From a virus (taxonomy: Duplodnaviria > Caudoviricetes): a stretch of DNA of 54,681 nt. Shown one piece after another: positions 18,666 to 28,431 of this stretch. The stretch is taken from positions 1 through 54,681 of the IMG/VR virus record IMGVR_UViG_3300012890_000002. One strand, written 5' to 3'. A program made the position numbers and the translations under genes. Numbering within the stretch: the stretch's first letter is position 1; every line of letters starts with the position of its first letter. The notes under the pieces were generated by a model that was not told where the DNA came from, ran no database searches, and was given only the letters and a program-made list of their open reading frames with translations.

Positions 18666-19199
18666 GTGGCCGATCCCCGAACCTACGAACCCGATGACCT
18701 CTCGCTGATTTCGGTCGAAAGCCTGGACTTCTCCCGTACCTTTGTCCGGACGCTGCTTCGGGATCGGCCGGAATTCAGTAGCGGAGGCCTCCCAGTCGGG
18801 CCGGGCCAGCCCAGCCGGGCATCTGAGGCCACCTGGCCCCAGTACAGCCGCACCGATACCGAGATCGAGACCGCCCTGGCGCTCGACGCGGTCGAGGATA
18901 AGCAGGCGAACCTGACGTACTACCGGCCGCACATCACGGCGGCCCGGCTGTACCTCGGTGACCCGGCGCTCTGGAAGTCCCGCAGCGTGGAGAGCGGCAG
19001 CGAGAGCCGGCGCGACGCGACCGAGATCGTGTCTGCGTGGCTGGCGCAAGGCATGGCCCTCGATGCCCAGATTCCGGACGCCCTCAAGCCACTGCCCCCG
19101 TTCGTGCCCCCAGGGCAGACCACAGGCGGAGAGGTGGGCACCACGCCCACCAAGCTGCCGGGCCAGACCGTGGTCATTCGCGCAGAGGGTGGCTGGTGA
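18666..19199 (+). CDS. Head-tail connector (putative)
   Basis: GGAGGT RBS before GTG 18666; position in the neck region. Confidence 0.55.
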   Translation: MADPRTYEPDDLSLISVESLDFSRTFVRTLLRDRPEFSSGGLPVGPGQPSRASEATWPQYSRTDTEIETALALDAVEDKQANLTYYRPHITAARLYLGDPALWKSRSVESGSESRRDATEIVSAWLAQGMALDAQIPDALKPLPPFVPPGQTTGGEVGTTPTKLPGQTVVIRAEGGW

Positions 19200-19609
19200 G
19201 CAGTTTGGGCGACCTGCGGCGCAAGCTCCGAACGCTCTCTGACCCGCGCACCCTGCACGAGCTGTACAACATCGCCGGCGCAGAGGTCTACGGATTGGTG
19301 CAACAGGGCTTCGCGCTCGAGCAGGACCCGGACGGCGACCCCTGGAAGCCGAGCCGGGCCGCTCAACGAGAGAACCGGAAGACGCTGCGCGACACCGGCA
19401 GGCTGCAGGACGGCATCACCTGGAAGGCCGACAGCCGCGGTCTGATCGTCACCACGACAGGCAAGGCCAACGCTTACGCCCGCTACGTGCAGAAGGGCAC
19501 GCGCTACAGCGTCGCCCGGAAGTTCATGCCGGAGAACGCGCTCCCCAAGCAATACCAGGACGCGCTCAGAACCGCCTTCAGCGCCTACTTCCAATCGAGG
19601 TTCGGCTGA
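19196..19609 (+). CDS. Virion morphogenesis protein (Mu G / P2 S-like)
   Basis: F-EQDPDG-PW...LRDTGRLQ...YA..Q-G...ARKFMP motifs. Confidence 0.85.
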   Translation: MSSLGDLRRKLRTLSDPRTLHELYNIAGAEVYGLVQQGFALEQDPDGDPWKPSRAAQRENRKTLRDTGRLQDGITWKADSRGLIVTTTGKANAYARYVQKGTRYSVARKFMPENALPKQYQDALRTAFSAYFQSRFG

Positions 19610-20103
19610 TGGAAGAACTCGCGCAGATCATTCAGGACGCCCTCGGTCCCACCGTCGCCGTGTACCTCGGCGTTGAGTGGGCCGAGAAGCAGCCTGCACT
19701 TCCGCACGTGGTCATCGTGCCGGGCGGGGCCACCTACGGCCCCCCAGACGGCAGCAAGCCCAATCTGATCGCCCAGGGCACGCTCGACCTCCGGGTGCTG
19801 TGCAAGGCGGTGCGGTTCGACGAGGCCAGCGACCTTGCTGACCTCTGCTACGCCGCCGCCCCTGGGAAATCCCCCCTGGCCCGCATGACGTACCGCTCCG
19901 AGGTCTGGGGCGACTACACCGTCCGGGTGGCCGACCTGACCCTGACGCTGCCGAGCACGCTTGCCCGGACGGACATCACCCGGGTGCGTGTCGAGCAGTT
20001 CACTCAGCATGTGCACCTGCTGCCCCTTACCGCCTTACTCCCAGAGGAGGCCACCCATGGCCCAGAACCAGAAGGACATACCATCTTCGAGCAGTCCCCC
20101 TGA
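19609..20103 (+). CDS. Tail terminator/completion protein (putative)
   Basis: Position before the sheath gene; LPHVVI motif. Confidence 0.55.
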   Translation: MEELAQIIQDALGPTVAVYLGVEWAEKQPALPHVVIVPGGATYGPPDGSKPNLIAQGTLDLRVLCKAVRFDEASDLADLCYAAAPGKSPLARMTYRSEVWGDYTVRVADLTLTLPSTLARTDITRVRVEQFTQHVHLLPLTALLPEEATHGPEPEGHTIFEQSP

Positions 20104-20281
20104 GCAGGCCAGCCCACAAGCTGGCCTGCTTCCGTTCGAGCAGCAGGCCGCGCTTCAGGGCGTGTCCGGCTGGCAACTCGCCGCTGTGGCCGCGCAGAAG
20201 AACTGGCCCGCTGGCCTGGAAGTCAGCGCCGAGACCTTCCGCAGCGCCCATGACGAGACCTTGAAGGGGGTGATCGAGTAA
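20057..20281 (+). CDS. Small protein upstream of the sheath gene
   Basis: GAGGAGG RBS; TAATG coupling to the sheath gene. Confidence 0.65.
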   Translation: MAQNQKDIPSSSSPPEQASPQAGLLPFEQQAALQGVSGWQLAAVAAQKNWPAGLEVSAETFRSAHDETLKGVIE

Positions 20282-21717
20282 TGACCCTGGCGAAAGTCAA
20301 CGTGCAGTTCGAGGATTTCAACCTCGGCATCATCCCGCCCCTCGGCACGGCCCATGCCAAGCTGGGCGTGGCGTCCGGCGGCCCGCTCGGCAGCGCGCAG
20401 ACCCTCTCGCGCGTCTCGCAGGTGGTCGACACCTACCCCAGCGGCCCTCTGGCCAGCGCCCTGGCGGTGGCCCTGATCGAGGCCGCGCCGGTGATCGGCT
20501 GGCGCATCCCCGGCAGCACCGCCGGAACCACCAGTGCGGTCACCAAGGCTGGCACCGGGACAAGCGTGGCGACTGTGGCAGGCGCCCCAGCCGATGCCGT
20601 GCTGGCCCGCCTGACCGTCACCCGTCCCGGTACCGTCGGGCAGGCGGGCGCGGCCTACATCCTGACCGTGAACGGCAACGACGGCACCGAACTGGCCCTG
20701 CCAGTCAACGGCGCGGTGGTGCTCGCTGGTCTCGGCCTGACCGTGACCCTCGGCACCGGTACCCTGGTGGCGGGCGACACCTACACCTTCAGCGCGACCG
20801 CTCCGGCGGCCACCCTGAGCGATGTGGCGACTGGCCTCACCGGCCTGCTGGCCACCCGGCCGAACATCCGCTTCGTGCACATCCTGGGCGCGGCCACTCC
20901 GGCCCTGTTCGCGGCGGTCGACAGCATCCTGCAGGAGCGTGAAGGCCGCAACTACTTCACGCACGCGCTGCTGGAAGCCCCGCCGATGAACCCCGGCGAG
21001 ACACTGAGCGACTATGTCAACCGGCTGAACACCAGCTTCGGCAACCTCGCCAGTGACCGCATCGCCCTGGCGCTCGACGGCGGCGAGGTGTACAACCCGC
21101 TGACCCAGCGCGTCGAGGTGCGGAACAGCGCGTGGATGCTCAGCCGCCGCCGGGCCACCGTGCCAGTCGGAGAGGCCACCTACCGCGTCCGCAGCGGCCC
21201 GATGATCGGAATGGGCGACCTGACTTTCGACGCCAACCTGTACGGAGCGAACACCCGCTATGCCAGCCTGCGCACCATCGACGGGCGCCCCGGTATCTAC
21301 GGCACCAACTGGCCGATGATGAGCGTCCCCGGCAGTGATTACGACGAGGTGCAGCAGCGCGAGGTGGCCGACGAGGCCGCCCGTATCGGCATTCTCAGGA
21401 TGACCGAGTTGCTGGGCGAGCAGCAGCAGGTCGACACCACCACCGGCTTCATTCTCGAGACCGAGGCGGCCAGCCTCGACGAAGAGATGATCGCCTCCAT
21501 TCAGGCCGCGTTGAGCGACAACGTGAGCGGAGTGCGGGTGCATGTGGACCGGACGATCAATCTTCTCGACACGAAACGGCTCGAGTTCGATCTGGGCGTC
21601 ATTCCGCTCGGGTATGGACGGGAAATCGTGCTGCGGGTCGGCTTCGTGAACCCGGCGCTGGCCCTCTTGAGCGCAGGCGCGGCCGTTCAGCCGACCACGA
21701 CCGGGGGTAGCGCATGA
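20281..21717 (+). CDS. Tail sheath protein (DUF2586-like)
   Basis: 478 aa; RYASLRT-DGRPGIY and SDY..Q.R.V motifs; IPLGYGREI C-terminus; followed by the tube gene. Confidence 0.85.
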   Translation: MTLAKVNVQFEDFNLGIIPPLGTAHAKLGVASGGPLGSAQTLSRVSQVVDTYPSGPLASALAVALIEAAPVIGWRIPGSTAGTTSAVTKAGTGTSVATVAGAPADAVLARLTVTRPGTVGQAGAAYILTVNGNDGTELALPVNGAVVLAGLGLTVTLGTGTLVAGDTYTFSATAPAATLSDVATGLTGLLATRPNIRFVHILGAATPALFAAVDSILQEREGRNYFTHALLEAPPMNPGETLSDYVNRLNTSFGNLASDRIALALDGGEVYNPLTQRVEVRNSAWMLSRRRATVPVGEATYRVRSGPMIGMGDLTFDANLYGANTRYASLRTIDGRPGIYGTNWPMMSVPGSDYDEVQQREVADEAARIGILRMTELLGEQQQVDTTTGFILETEAASLDEEMIASIQAALSDNVSGVRVHVDRTINLLDTKRLEFDLGVIPLGYGREIVLRVGFVNPALALLSAGAAVQPTTTGGSA

Positions 21718-22166
21718 AGTTCAGCACCGACACCGACGCCATCAGCTTCGCGCAGACGACCTTCAAGATCGACGGCGTGGAGTACACCATCAAGACCATC
21801 AGCTACGGCGACTCGCTCGAGCGTGGCGACGTGGAGGGCAACAGCCAGATGGTGCTCCGTCAGACGAAGGGCATGTACAAGACCGATGACAGCGCGGTCG
21901 ACATGTTCGCCGACGACTTCGCCGCTCTGATCAAGAAGCTGGGCGCGAAGTTCTACAGCACGTCGTTCCCCGTGACCAACGCCTACCAGAAGATCGGTGA
22001 CAGCGAGCTGACCATCGACACGCTGGTCGGTTGCCGATTCACGAAGCGCAGCGCCAGCGACAGCAGCGGCGCCGACGCCCTGATGCGCAACGTCGGCATC
22101 AAGCCTCGGTACATCAAGTGGAACGGCGTGAACCCGCTGGAGAACATGCCCACCGGGGCGCAGTAA
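21714..22166 (+). CDS. Tail tube protein
   Basis: 150 aa after sheath; ISYGDS...G.Y...DTLVGCRF pattern. Confidence 0.8.
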   Translation: MKFSTDTDAISFAQTTFKIDGVEYTIKTISYGDSLERGDVEGNSQMVLRQTKGMYKTDDSAVDMFADDFAALIKKLGAKFYSTSFPVTNAYQKIGDSELTIDTLVGCRFTKRSASDSSGADALMRNVGIKPRYIKWNGVNPLENMPTGAQ

Positions 22167-22228
22167 ACCCAAACGCGCCGGGGTCATTCCCGGCCAAGAC
22201 TTTTTTTTGAGGAACTGGAGGCACTTTT

Positions 22229-22603
22229 ATGGAAGATCAGAAGCAAGAGCAGCGCATCGCCGGCCTAACCAAAGCGGAATTCGAGACCAAGAGTGCCGAG
22301 TACACCGGTGGCCTGAAGATCTACGGCGTGACCATCGAAGAGAAGGACTTCGACCTGATTGCGCGCAAGCCGACCCGGGCCGAGGCTGATCAGCACATGG
22401 TCGACCTCAGCAAGGCCAAAGACCGCAACGTGCCGATGATGCAGCCGATGCGGAACTTCGTCCGGCTGGTGACCGTCGCCCCGGAAAGTGAGGCCCTCGA
22501 CGTGTACTTCGAGAAGTACCCGCTGGTGGTCTCTCAGGTCTACGAGCAGATCATGAAAGAGGTCGGCGCGGACGCTGAGGTGAGGGAGAAGAGGTTTCGG
22601 TGA
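22229..22603 (+). CDS. Tail assembly chaperone
   Basis: Between tube and tape measure; RKPTRAE motif; GGAGG RBS. Confidence 0.8.
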   Translation: MEDQKQEQRIAGLTKAEFETKSAEYTGGLKIYGVTIEEKDFDLIARKPTRAEADQHMVDLSKAKDRNVPMMQPMRNFVRLVTVAPESEALDVYFEKYPLVVSQVYEQIMKEVGADAEVREKRFR

Positions 22604-22790
22604 ACGCTGGAAGGAGCTGAACAACGAAGTGGACCGTGGGCGGCTGGACTGGCTGTCGCGGTGTCTGCTTGCCTTCCAGCATGGCGAGGTGAGTGAGGGC
22701 AGCTACAGCGAGGATGCCCGCCTCGGCGCGCTCTGGCACGGGCAGTTGCAACGTGTGCATCTGCACTCGATGACGAAGGGAGGTGAGTAG
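22599..22790 (+). CDS. Chaperone C-terminal extension reached by a putative +1 frameshift
   Basis: 63 open codons (GERWKELNNEVD...TKGGE*) in the +1 frame that exactly fill the gap to the tape measure gene. Confidence 0.65.
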   Translation, partial: GERWKELNNEVDRGRLDWLSRCLLAFQHGEVSEGSYSEDARLGALWHGQLQRVHLHSMTKGGE

Positions 22791-25262
22791 ATGGCGGTGG
22801 ACTTCGTTCTGCGGCTGATCGACAAAATGAGCGCCCCGGCCGACAAGATCAACGACCGGCTCGAGCGGATCGAGAGGCGACTCGACCGCCTTCAGACCAC
22901 CCTGAACCGCAACGGGCGTGGCTTCACCGGCATGGGCAACGACGGTACCCGGGCGGCTGACCGCATCACCGCCGCCGTGGACCGCACGAACGCCAGTCTG
23001 GAGCGCAGCCACGTCCGGGCGCGGCGGGTCGGGCTGGCATTGGCCGGCCTCGCCACCGCTGCGCCGATCGCGGGCCTGCTCGCCGTGGGCCGGGCCGCTC
23101 TCGGTGGCGCAGGTGCGCGCGAGGGCCAGCTCCTCAGCCTCGGCACCCTGCTGAAGACCAACAACCAGATGCAGATCAAGAGCGCGGCCGGCTGGATCGC
23201 CCAGTTCGCCGACCTGACGCCCTACCAGGACAAGGATGTGAACTCGGCGGTCAAGCAGCTGCTGGCCTCGAAGTTCACCTTCGGACAGGTTCAGGGTTTG
23301 GGGCGGATCACCGGTGACGCGGCTTCCGCCCTGGGTGCTGACCCCGGTGACGCGGCCATGAAGTGGGAGATCATCAACCGGGCCCTCGGTCAGATCAAGA
23401 GCAAGGGCGTCCTGCAAGGCGACGAGCTGCTGCAGCTGCAGGAAGCGGGCATCGGAACGAACGACTACCTCGTCAAGGCGTTCGGCCCGAACTACCGCAA
23501 GCTGCAGGAGGCGGGGAAGATCAGTGGCACGGCGGCCATCAACGCCATCGTGGCCGGCCTGAACACCGACTATGCGGGCAGCATGGACCGGCAGTCGCGC
23601 ACCTTCCTGGGCCTGATCAGCACCATCGTCAGCCGCCCGCAGCGCCTGTTCTCCAACCTGTTCGACGCGGGCGGGCTGGAAGATGCCCGGCGCTTCATGG
23701 CGAACATCGTCAACATCACCGACTTCAGCAAGCCGCCGGGCAGCCGCATTCAGCAGCGCCTGGTGCGGAGCATGGCGGGGCTCAGCAAGGCCATCTTCGG
23801 GCCGCTGGCCGACGCCACCGAGGGCGCGCGGGCCGAGCAGTTCATCTCCCGTCTGCTCGACACCTTGGACCGATTCAGCAAGTGGTGGGAGAACGCCGGG
23901 CCGAAGATCGCCACCTTCGCTCGGGGCGTCGGCTCCGGCCTGATGTTCCTCTGGCGGGTCGCCGAGTTCGTGGTGCGGCCGATCCGCATGCTGCTCAAAT
24001 CGCTGGGCCTGCTCGGCGGGCCGGGCGGTGAGGGACTGGCGAAGATCGTCGGCACACTGGTCGGGGCCGCTGTGGGCTTCCGTCTGCTCGGCATGGCGAT
24101 GGGTCTTGTGCTCGGCCCCGTTCCGGCCATCTTCCGCCTGCTGGGCCTCGTCACGCTGCTGAACGCGGCGCTGCCGATGCTGGCGGCCAACGGCGTGCTG
24201 AACGCGGTATGGCTGGCCCGGCTGCAGAACATCATGCGCGTGCTGACCCCGATCACCCGTGTCTTCACCGTGCTGATGGGCGGCTGGCGCGGCATCCTCT
24301 ACGGTGCCTGGCTGGGCCTGCGGGGCATGGCGACCGCGTGGGCGGCAGCGAACGGCGGCGCGGCGGTGCTCGCCACTCAATGGCTCAAGGTGTTTGGTGT
24401 GGTTGGTCTGGTCATCGGCGCCGTGGTCGCGCTCAAAACGGCCGGCGATAACCTGTACAACGCCTTTCTCCCGTTCCAGAAGCTCATCGAGGACCTGCGC
24501 GACAACCCACTCGTCAAGCTTCTGATCGAGAAGCCTGAAAACGCCACGGGTGTCAACCGATGGTTGCAGCGTGATTTCGTCGTAGACGCCGAGAACGGCT
24601 GGAACCGGCTGGGCACGTACTTCGGCGGCACCCTGAATCAGAAGAAGCAGGTCTTCGAACAGGGCGACGCCAGCTTCACGTCCGAGCTGGCCGCGATGGC
24701 GAAACGAGGCGGGTATAACCCCCTCGACCTGCTGAAGGTCATGAACCAGGAGAGCGGGGTGGACCCGACAAGCGCCCACAGGAACGCCCAGGGCCAGATC
24801 ACGGCGGCCGGGTTGATCCAGTTCCAGGATGGAACTGCGAAAGAACTCGGCACCAGCATCGGAGCCCTGCGCCGGATGAGTCGCACCGAGCAGCTGCCCT
24901 ACGTCGAGAAGTACCTCGCCATGCACGGCGTCAAGCCTGGCGCGAGCCTGGAGCAGCTGTACATGGCGGTCCTGAGCGGTGGTGCGGGCAATACTGGCAC
25001 GCTTTACAGCGCCAACGATCCCAACACCGCCATGGCCTACAAAGGCAACATCGGCCTCGACGTGAACAAGGATGGCCGCATTACCAGTGCCGAGGCCACG
25101 GCGCAGGTCGAGAGCAGCTGGAAGCGCGACTCCCCGACCATCATCAACCAGATCACCGTGGGCCCCGGGACGGACGTGAACGCGGTGGGCGACGCGGCAC
25201 ACGCCGGCACATCGCGTGCCCTGACCCAGTACGGCTTGGAACTCGGAGGTGCAGCCCCATGA
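22791..25262 (+). CDS. Tape measure protein with C-terminal lytic transglycosylase-like domain
   Basis: ALGQIKSKGVLQGDELLQLQEAGI tape-measure motif; hydrophobic central region; VMNQESG...AAGLIQF and LDVNKDGRIT at the C-terminus. Confidence 0.92.
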   Translation: MAVDFVLRLIDKMSAPADKINDRLERIERRLDRLQTTLNRNGRGFTGMGNDGTRAADRITAAVDRTNASLERSHVRARRVGLALAGLATAAPIAGLLAVGRAALGGAGAREGQLLSLGTLLKTNNQMQIKSAAGWIAQFADLTPYQDKDVNSAVKQLLASKFTFGQVQGLGRITGDAASALGADPGDAAMKWEIINRALGQIKSKGVLQGDELLQLQEAGIGTNDYLVKAFGPNYRKLQEAGKISGTAAINAIVAGLNTDYAGSMDRQSRTFLGLISTIVSRPQRLFSNLFDAGGLEDARRFMANIVNITDFSKPPGSRIQQRLVRSMAGLSKAIFGPLADATEGARAEQFISRLLDTLDRFSKWWENAGPKIATFARGVGSGLMFLWRVAEFVVRPIRMLLKSLGLLGGPGGEGLAKIVGTLVGAAVGFRLLGMAMGLVLGPVPAIFRLLGLVTLLNAALPMLAANGVLNAVWLARLQNIMRVLTPITRVFTVLMGGWRGILYGAWLGLRGMATAWAAANGGAAVLATQWLKVFGVVGLVIGAVVALKTAGDNLYNAFLPFQKLIEDLRDNPLVKLLIEKPENATGVNRWLQRDFVVDAENGWNRLGTYFGGTLNQKKQVFEQGDASFTSELAAMAKRGGYNPLDLLKVMNQESGVDPTSAHRNAQGQITAAGLIQFQDGTAKELGTSIGALRRMSRTEQLPYVEKYLAMHGVKPGASLEQLYMAVLSGGAGNTGTLYSANDPNTAMAYKGNIGLDVNKDGRITSAEATAQVESSWKRDSPTIINQITVGPGTDVNAVGDAAHAGTSRALTQYGLELGGAAP

Positions 25263-26434
25263 GCAGCCCCATCGCCCAACCGGGCCTGCACGATACTTTC
25301 GTGCTCCTGAACGGCTCCAAGCGCATCGTGCTGCCCGGCATCGCTCGGGTGACGGTCGGCCTGGCCGCGAATCTCGACACCCAAGCCACACCAGGCGGTG
25401 GTAACACCCAGACGCAGCTCAACGAGGCGACCGGTGAGGTCACGGTGCAGCTCACCATGACCGAGCACACCGAGTGGCTGAAGTACCGGGACGTGCTGGC
25501 CATCTTGCGGCGCGGTACGCAACCGGGCGGCCTGGCTGTCTTCACCTGCGCTCACCCGGAGGTCGCCAGCCGCCGCATTAAGCGGCTGTACTTCAACTCC
25601 GAGCAGTCGCAGCCGTACAGCCCCAAGTCCGGGTATGTCGTCTCGATGACCTTCAAAGAGCAGTTGAAAGCCAGCGCGACAGCCACAACGCTGGGCAGCG
25701 GCGAAACCCTGATCATCCCAGGGGCAGGCAGTGACACGCCGCCAGCAGGAATCACGGCCGCGCCCACCTCGGCGGAAGGCCAGCGCCTGATCACCACCGC
25801 CATCGCCCAGGCGGGAGGGAAACCGATCCCCGTGCCCGGTACCGGTGGCAAAACGACCGCCTCGGCCGGGTTGTGCAGCGCCTTCACCCGTGAGGCCTGG
25901 ATGGCGACCCATAACGGCGACCGCAGTCTGTTCGGTGGTTCGGCCAACGAGACCGAGGCCCGCTTCAAGGCCGCGAAGATGACGATCCCCTGGAGCGCGG
26001 CCGCGCAGTCAAGCCTTCAGGCCGGCGACCTTGTCTTCTATGGCCGAGACCCTAGCGGATACGGTCACGTGGGCGTGTACGACGGCAAGGGCGGCGTGGT
26101 CGGCAACAACTACGTGACTTACGGGGCCAGAGGTGGCCTTCTGGACGCGGCAGGCCGGGCGACCGGGTACGACGCGGCGGGTAGACCAGTAGACGCACGC
26201 GGCACGGTGCCGCTCGCCAAGCTGGGAACGCCCACCAGCATCGCCAAGCCCACAGCCGCTCAGGTGCCCGTGAAGCTGATTCAGGGGCCACCCGCCCCGA
26301 TCTCCGCTCCACAGGGGAAGCCCGCGCTTCCGGCTGCGGCGCCGAGTGCCAAACCGCCCGGCCCGCCTGGGGCGTTCAAGCTGGCCCGGCCGGTCAACGC
26401 AACGGCGAGCCAGTTTCCAGGCGTGAAGCCTTAA
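25259..26434 (+). CDS. Tail/baseplate protein with CHAP/NlpC-P60 peptidase domain
   Basis: GLCSAFT...LQAGDLVFY...YGHVGVY catalytic Cys/His pattern. Confidence 0.75.
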   Translation: MSSPIAQPGLHDTFVLLNGSKRIVLPGIARVTVGLAANLDTQATPGGGNTQTQLNEATGEVTVQLTMTEHTEWLKYRDVLAILRRGTQPGGLAVFTCAHPEVASRRIKRLYFNSEQSQPYSPKSGYVVSMTFKEQLKASATATTLGSGETLIIPGAGSDTPPAGITAAPTSAEGQRLITTAIAQAGGKPIPVPGTGGKTTASAGLCSAFTREAWMATHNGDRSLFGGSANETEARFKAAKMTIPWSAAAQSSLQAGDLVFYGRDPSGYGHVGVYDGKGGVVGNNYVTYGARGGLLDAAGRATGYDAAGRPVDARGTVPLAKLGTPTSIAKPTAAQVPVKLIQGPPAPISAPQGKPALPAAAPSAKPPGPPGAFKLARPVNATASQFPGVKP

Positions 26435-27081
26435 CTGGGTGGAAAAGGGGCCTTAGCGGTGAAGTAGATGATCCCATGCGAGGCGTCGAGAGTGATTTTC
26501 TGCCATTCCCGTGTATTCCTGATGTACAGATCAGCTGGGGCTGCCGGGTCATACGCTGCTTCCTGCGTCTTTCCACCGAAGACAATCGGAATGATTGGGG
26601 CGTTGCCTTGCTTCAAGCCGATCACGACGTCTGAATGTGGCGCATCGGGGTTCTCCCCCTTTGCGACCTTGACCACACCCGGAGTAGAGATATCCAGGTA
26701 CTGGTTCCCCGTGATGTCGAACAGGTAGGGCACGTTGTAATAATCCATCTCCAGCAAGGAATAGAGGTTTGCAAACGAGTCGACCTGGAGGCGCATGGCA
26801 GTGTACTTGCGGTGCTCAATGATCAGGTTGGGGCAGGTCAGGCTGTAATCGTCGGGTGTATGGTCCTCCCGCGCTGGATTAGGAAAGCGTGCCGGGAGCG
26901 TGTAGGTGGCGTCTCCATAGGCGTCGATCTTCAGCGTCTTACAGGCTTCAGCCACGTCGTATCCAGCCGGGAAGACAGACTTCAGCAGCAGAAAGTTCAG
27001 CGAAAACGGAAGTTGATTCTGGATCTGAGCGCCAGCAGAAGCGCTCAGGCTTAGTGCCGCTGCCAAGAGAAATGTTCGCAT
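26431..27081 (-). CDS. Secreted/envelope protein, reverse-oriented moron
   Basis: Signal peptide MRTFLLAAALSLSASAGA; lower GC; antisense within the tail operon. Confidence 0.75.
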   Translation of the reverse strand: MRTFLLAAALSLSASAGAQIQNQLPFSLNFLLLKSVFPAGYDVAEACKTLKIDAYGDATYTLPARFPNPAREDHTPDDYSLTCPNLIIEHRKYTAMRLQVDSFANLYSLLEMDYYNVPYLFDITGNQYLDISTPGVVKVAKGENPDAPHSDVVIGLKQGNAPIIPIVFGGKTQEAAYDPAAPADLYIRNTREWQKITLDASHGIIYFTAKAPFPPS

Positions 27082-27106
27082 CCTTCATCCATACCACGCC
27101 GAGGAG

Positions 27107-28429
27107 GTGACCGTGGCCTACGTTCAACTTGCCGGAATCCCCGTGATCTCCGGACAGATCGCCATGCCCTTGCGGGGCCGCCTGGTTGCCAACGTCCTGC
27201 TCGACACCCAGAAGAGCCTGAAACGCGGCGACCCGGTCGAGGTGCAGTTCGAGAACGGCCCGACCTACCGTTGCACCGTCGAGCGCAGCGGCCCCCAGGG
27301 CGGCTATCAGGCGGTGCGGGTGGTCGGTGGCTCCGGCGGTCTGAGCACCGTGATCGAGGCGAAGGCCTACCGTGAGTTCTCCCCGGCGCAGATCGCACGG
27401 GACATCCTTGAGGAGTGTGGTGAGGCGGCGGGCGAGATCGAACTGCCCGGCACGCTGCCGCACTGGATCAGGCCCGAGGGCGCGGCCTTCGAGGCGCTGG
27501 GTTCGCTGATGGCTCGCTACCCGGAGCGCACCTGGCGCGTGATGCCGGACGGCGCGGTGCGCATCGACGTCGAGCAGTGGGAGGAGCACGCCACACCGCT
27601 CCCCATCGAGAGCGAGGACAGCACCCAGGGGACGTTCGTGGTGGCGGCCGATCCGACCCTGACACCAGGCGTGCGGCTGACGATGACGCGCGGGGCTGAG
27701 CAGGTGCCCAAGCGCGTGACCCGGGTGGTGCATCAGATCGGCGCGCGGCTGCGGGCAGAGGTCTCGACCGGCGACGGCACCGACCAGGCGCCCGCCGGAC
27801 TGGCGAACGTGGTGCGGGGCGTGATGGGGCACGCGGACTGGCTGGGGCACTTCCCGTGCCGGATTCTTCGAGACCACGGCGATCATCACCTCGACCTGCA
27901 ACCGGACCACCCACAGCTGCCCAAACTGACCCGCGTGCGGTTCATGCCGCCCATCCCCGGCAGCCGCATCAAGGTTAAGGCGGGCGGGACGGCGATCCTG
28001 GTCTTTCAGCACGCCGACCCCAGCCGGCCATTGGTAACCCAGATGGACGCCGAGCTCGAACTGTTCGACCTGCAGACCGGCAAAGGCCAGCGCCTGATGC
28101 TTGACGACGACCGGGGCAAGACCAGCGACGAGGCGGTGTATGCCTTTCCGAGTGTGCGGCTGGTGGACATGGCCGGTCAGACCCTTGAGATGCAGGCCAG
28201 ACCCGGCACAGAGAGTGTGCGGTTGGTTGACCGGGCCGGGCAGGCTCTCTATCTCATGGCCTCCACCAACTCGGTCACCCTCTACGGAATCAACGAGCTC
28301 AGCCTCAGCGCCGCGACGGTCAGCCTGGCGGACGGTGGCCCGCCGGTGGCCCGCGTGGGCGATGCCGTCACCACTCCCGCTGGGCCGGGCGTCATCGCCT
28401 CCGGCAGCAGCCGCGTCACCTCGGGGTAA
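27107..28429 (+). CDS. Fused baseplate hub/spike protein (VgrG-like) with PAAR-like C-terminus
   Basis: Hub-like N-terminal region; OB-fold-like LVFQHADPSRP; beta repeats; C-terminal PVARVGDAV...GVIASGS; start may be GTG 27113. Confidence 0.7.
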   Translation: MTVAYVQLAGIPVISGQIAMPLRGRLVANVLLDTQKSLKRGDPVEVQFENGPTYRCTVERSGPQGGYQAVRVVGGSGGLSTVIEAKAYREFSPAQIARDILEECGEAAGEIELPGTLPHWIRPEGAAFEALGSLMARYPERTWRVMPDGAVRIDVEQWEEHATPLPIESEDSTQGTFVVAADPTLTPGVRLTMTRGAEQVPKRVTRVVHQIGARLRAEVSTGDGTDQAPAGLANVVRGVMGHADWLGHFPCRILRDHGDHHLDLQPDHPQLPKLTRVRFMPPIPGSRIKVKAGGTAILVFQHADPSRPLVTQMDAELELFDLQTGKGQRLMLDDDRGKTSDEAVYAFPSVRLVDMAGQTLEMQARPGTESVRLVDRAGQALYLMASTNSVTLYGINELSLSAATVSLADGGPPVARVGDAVTTPAGPGVIASGSSRVTSG

Positions 28430-28431
28430 CC

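Noticed and set aside
22551-25391. 946-aa minus-strand ORF (and similar long antisense ORFs at 3684-5123, 12897-14378, 15926-17572, 20155-21543, 32680-34266)
   Set aside because: These are shadow ORFs opposite well-supported high-GC genes, with no RBS or motifs.
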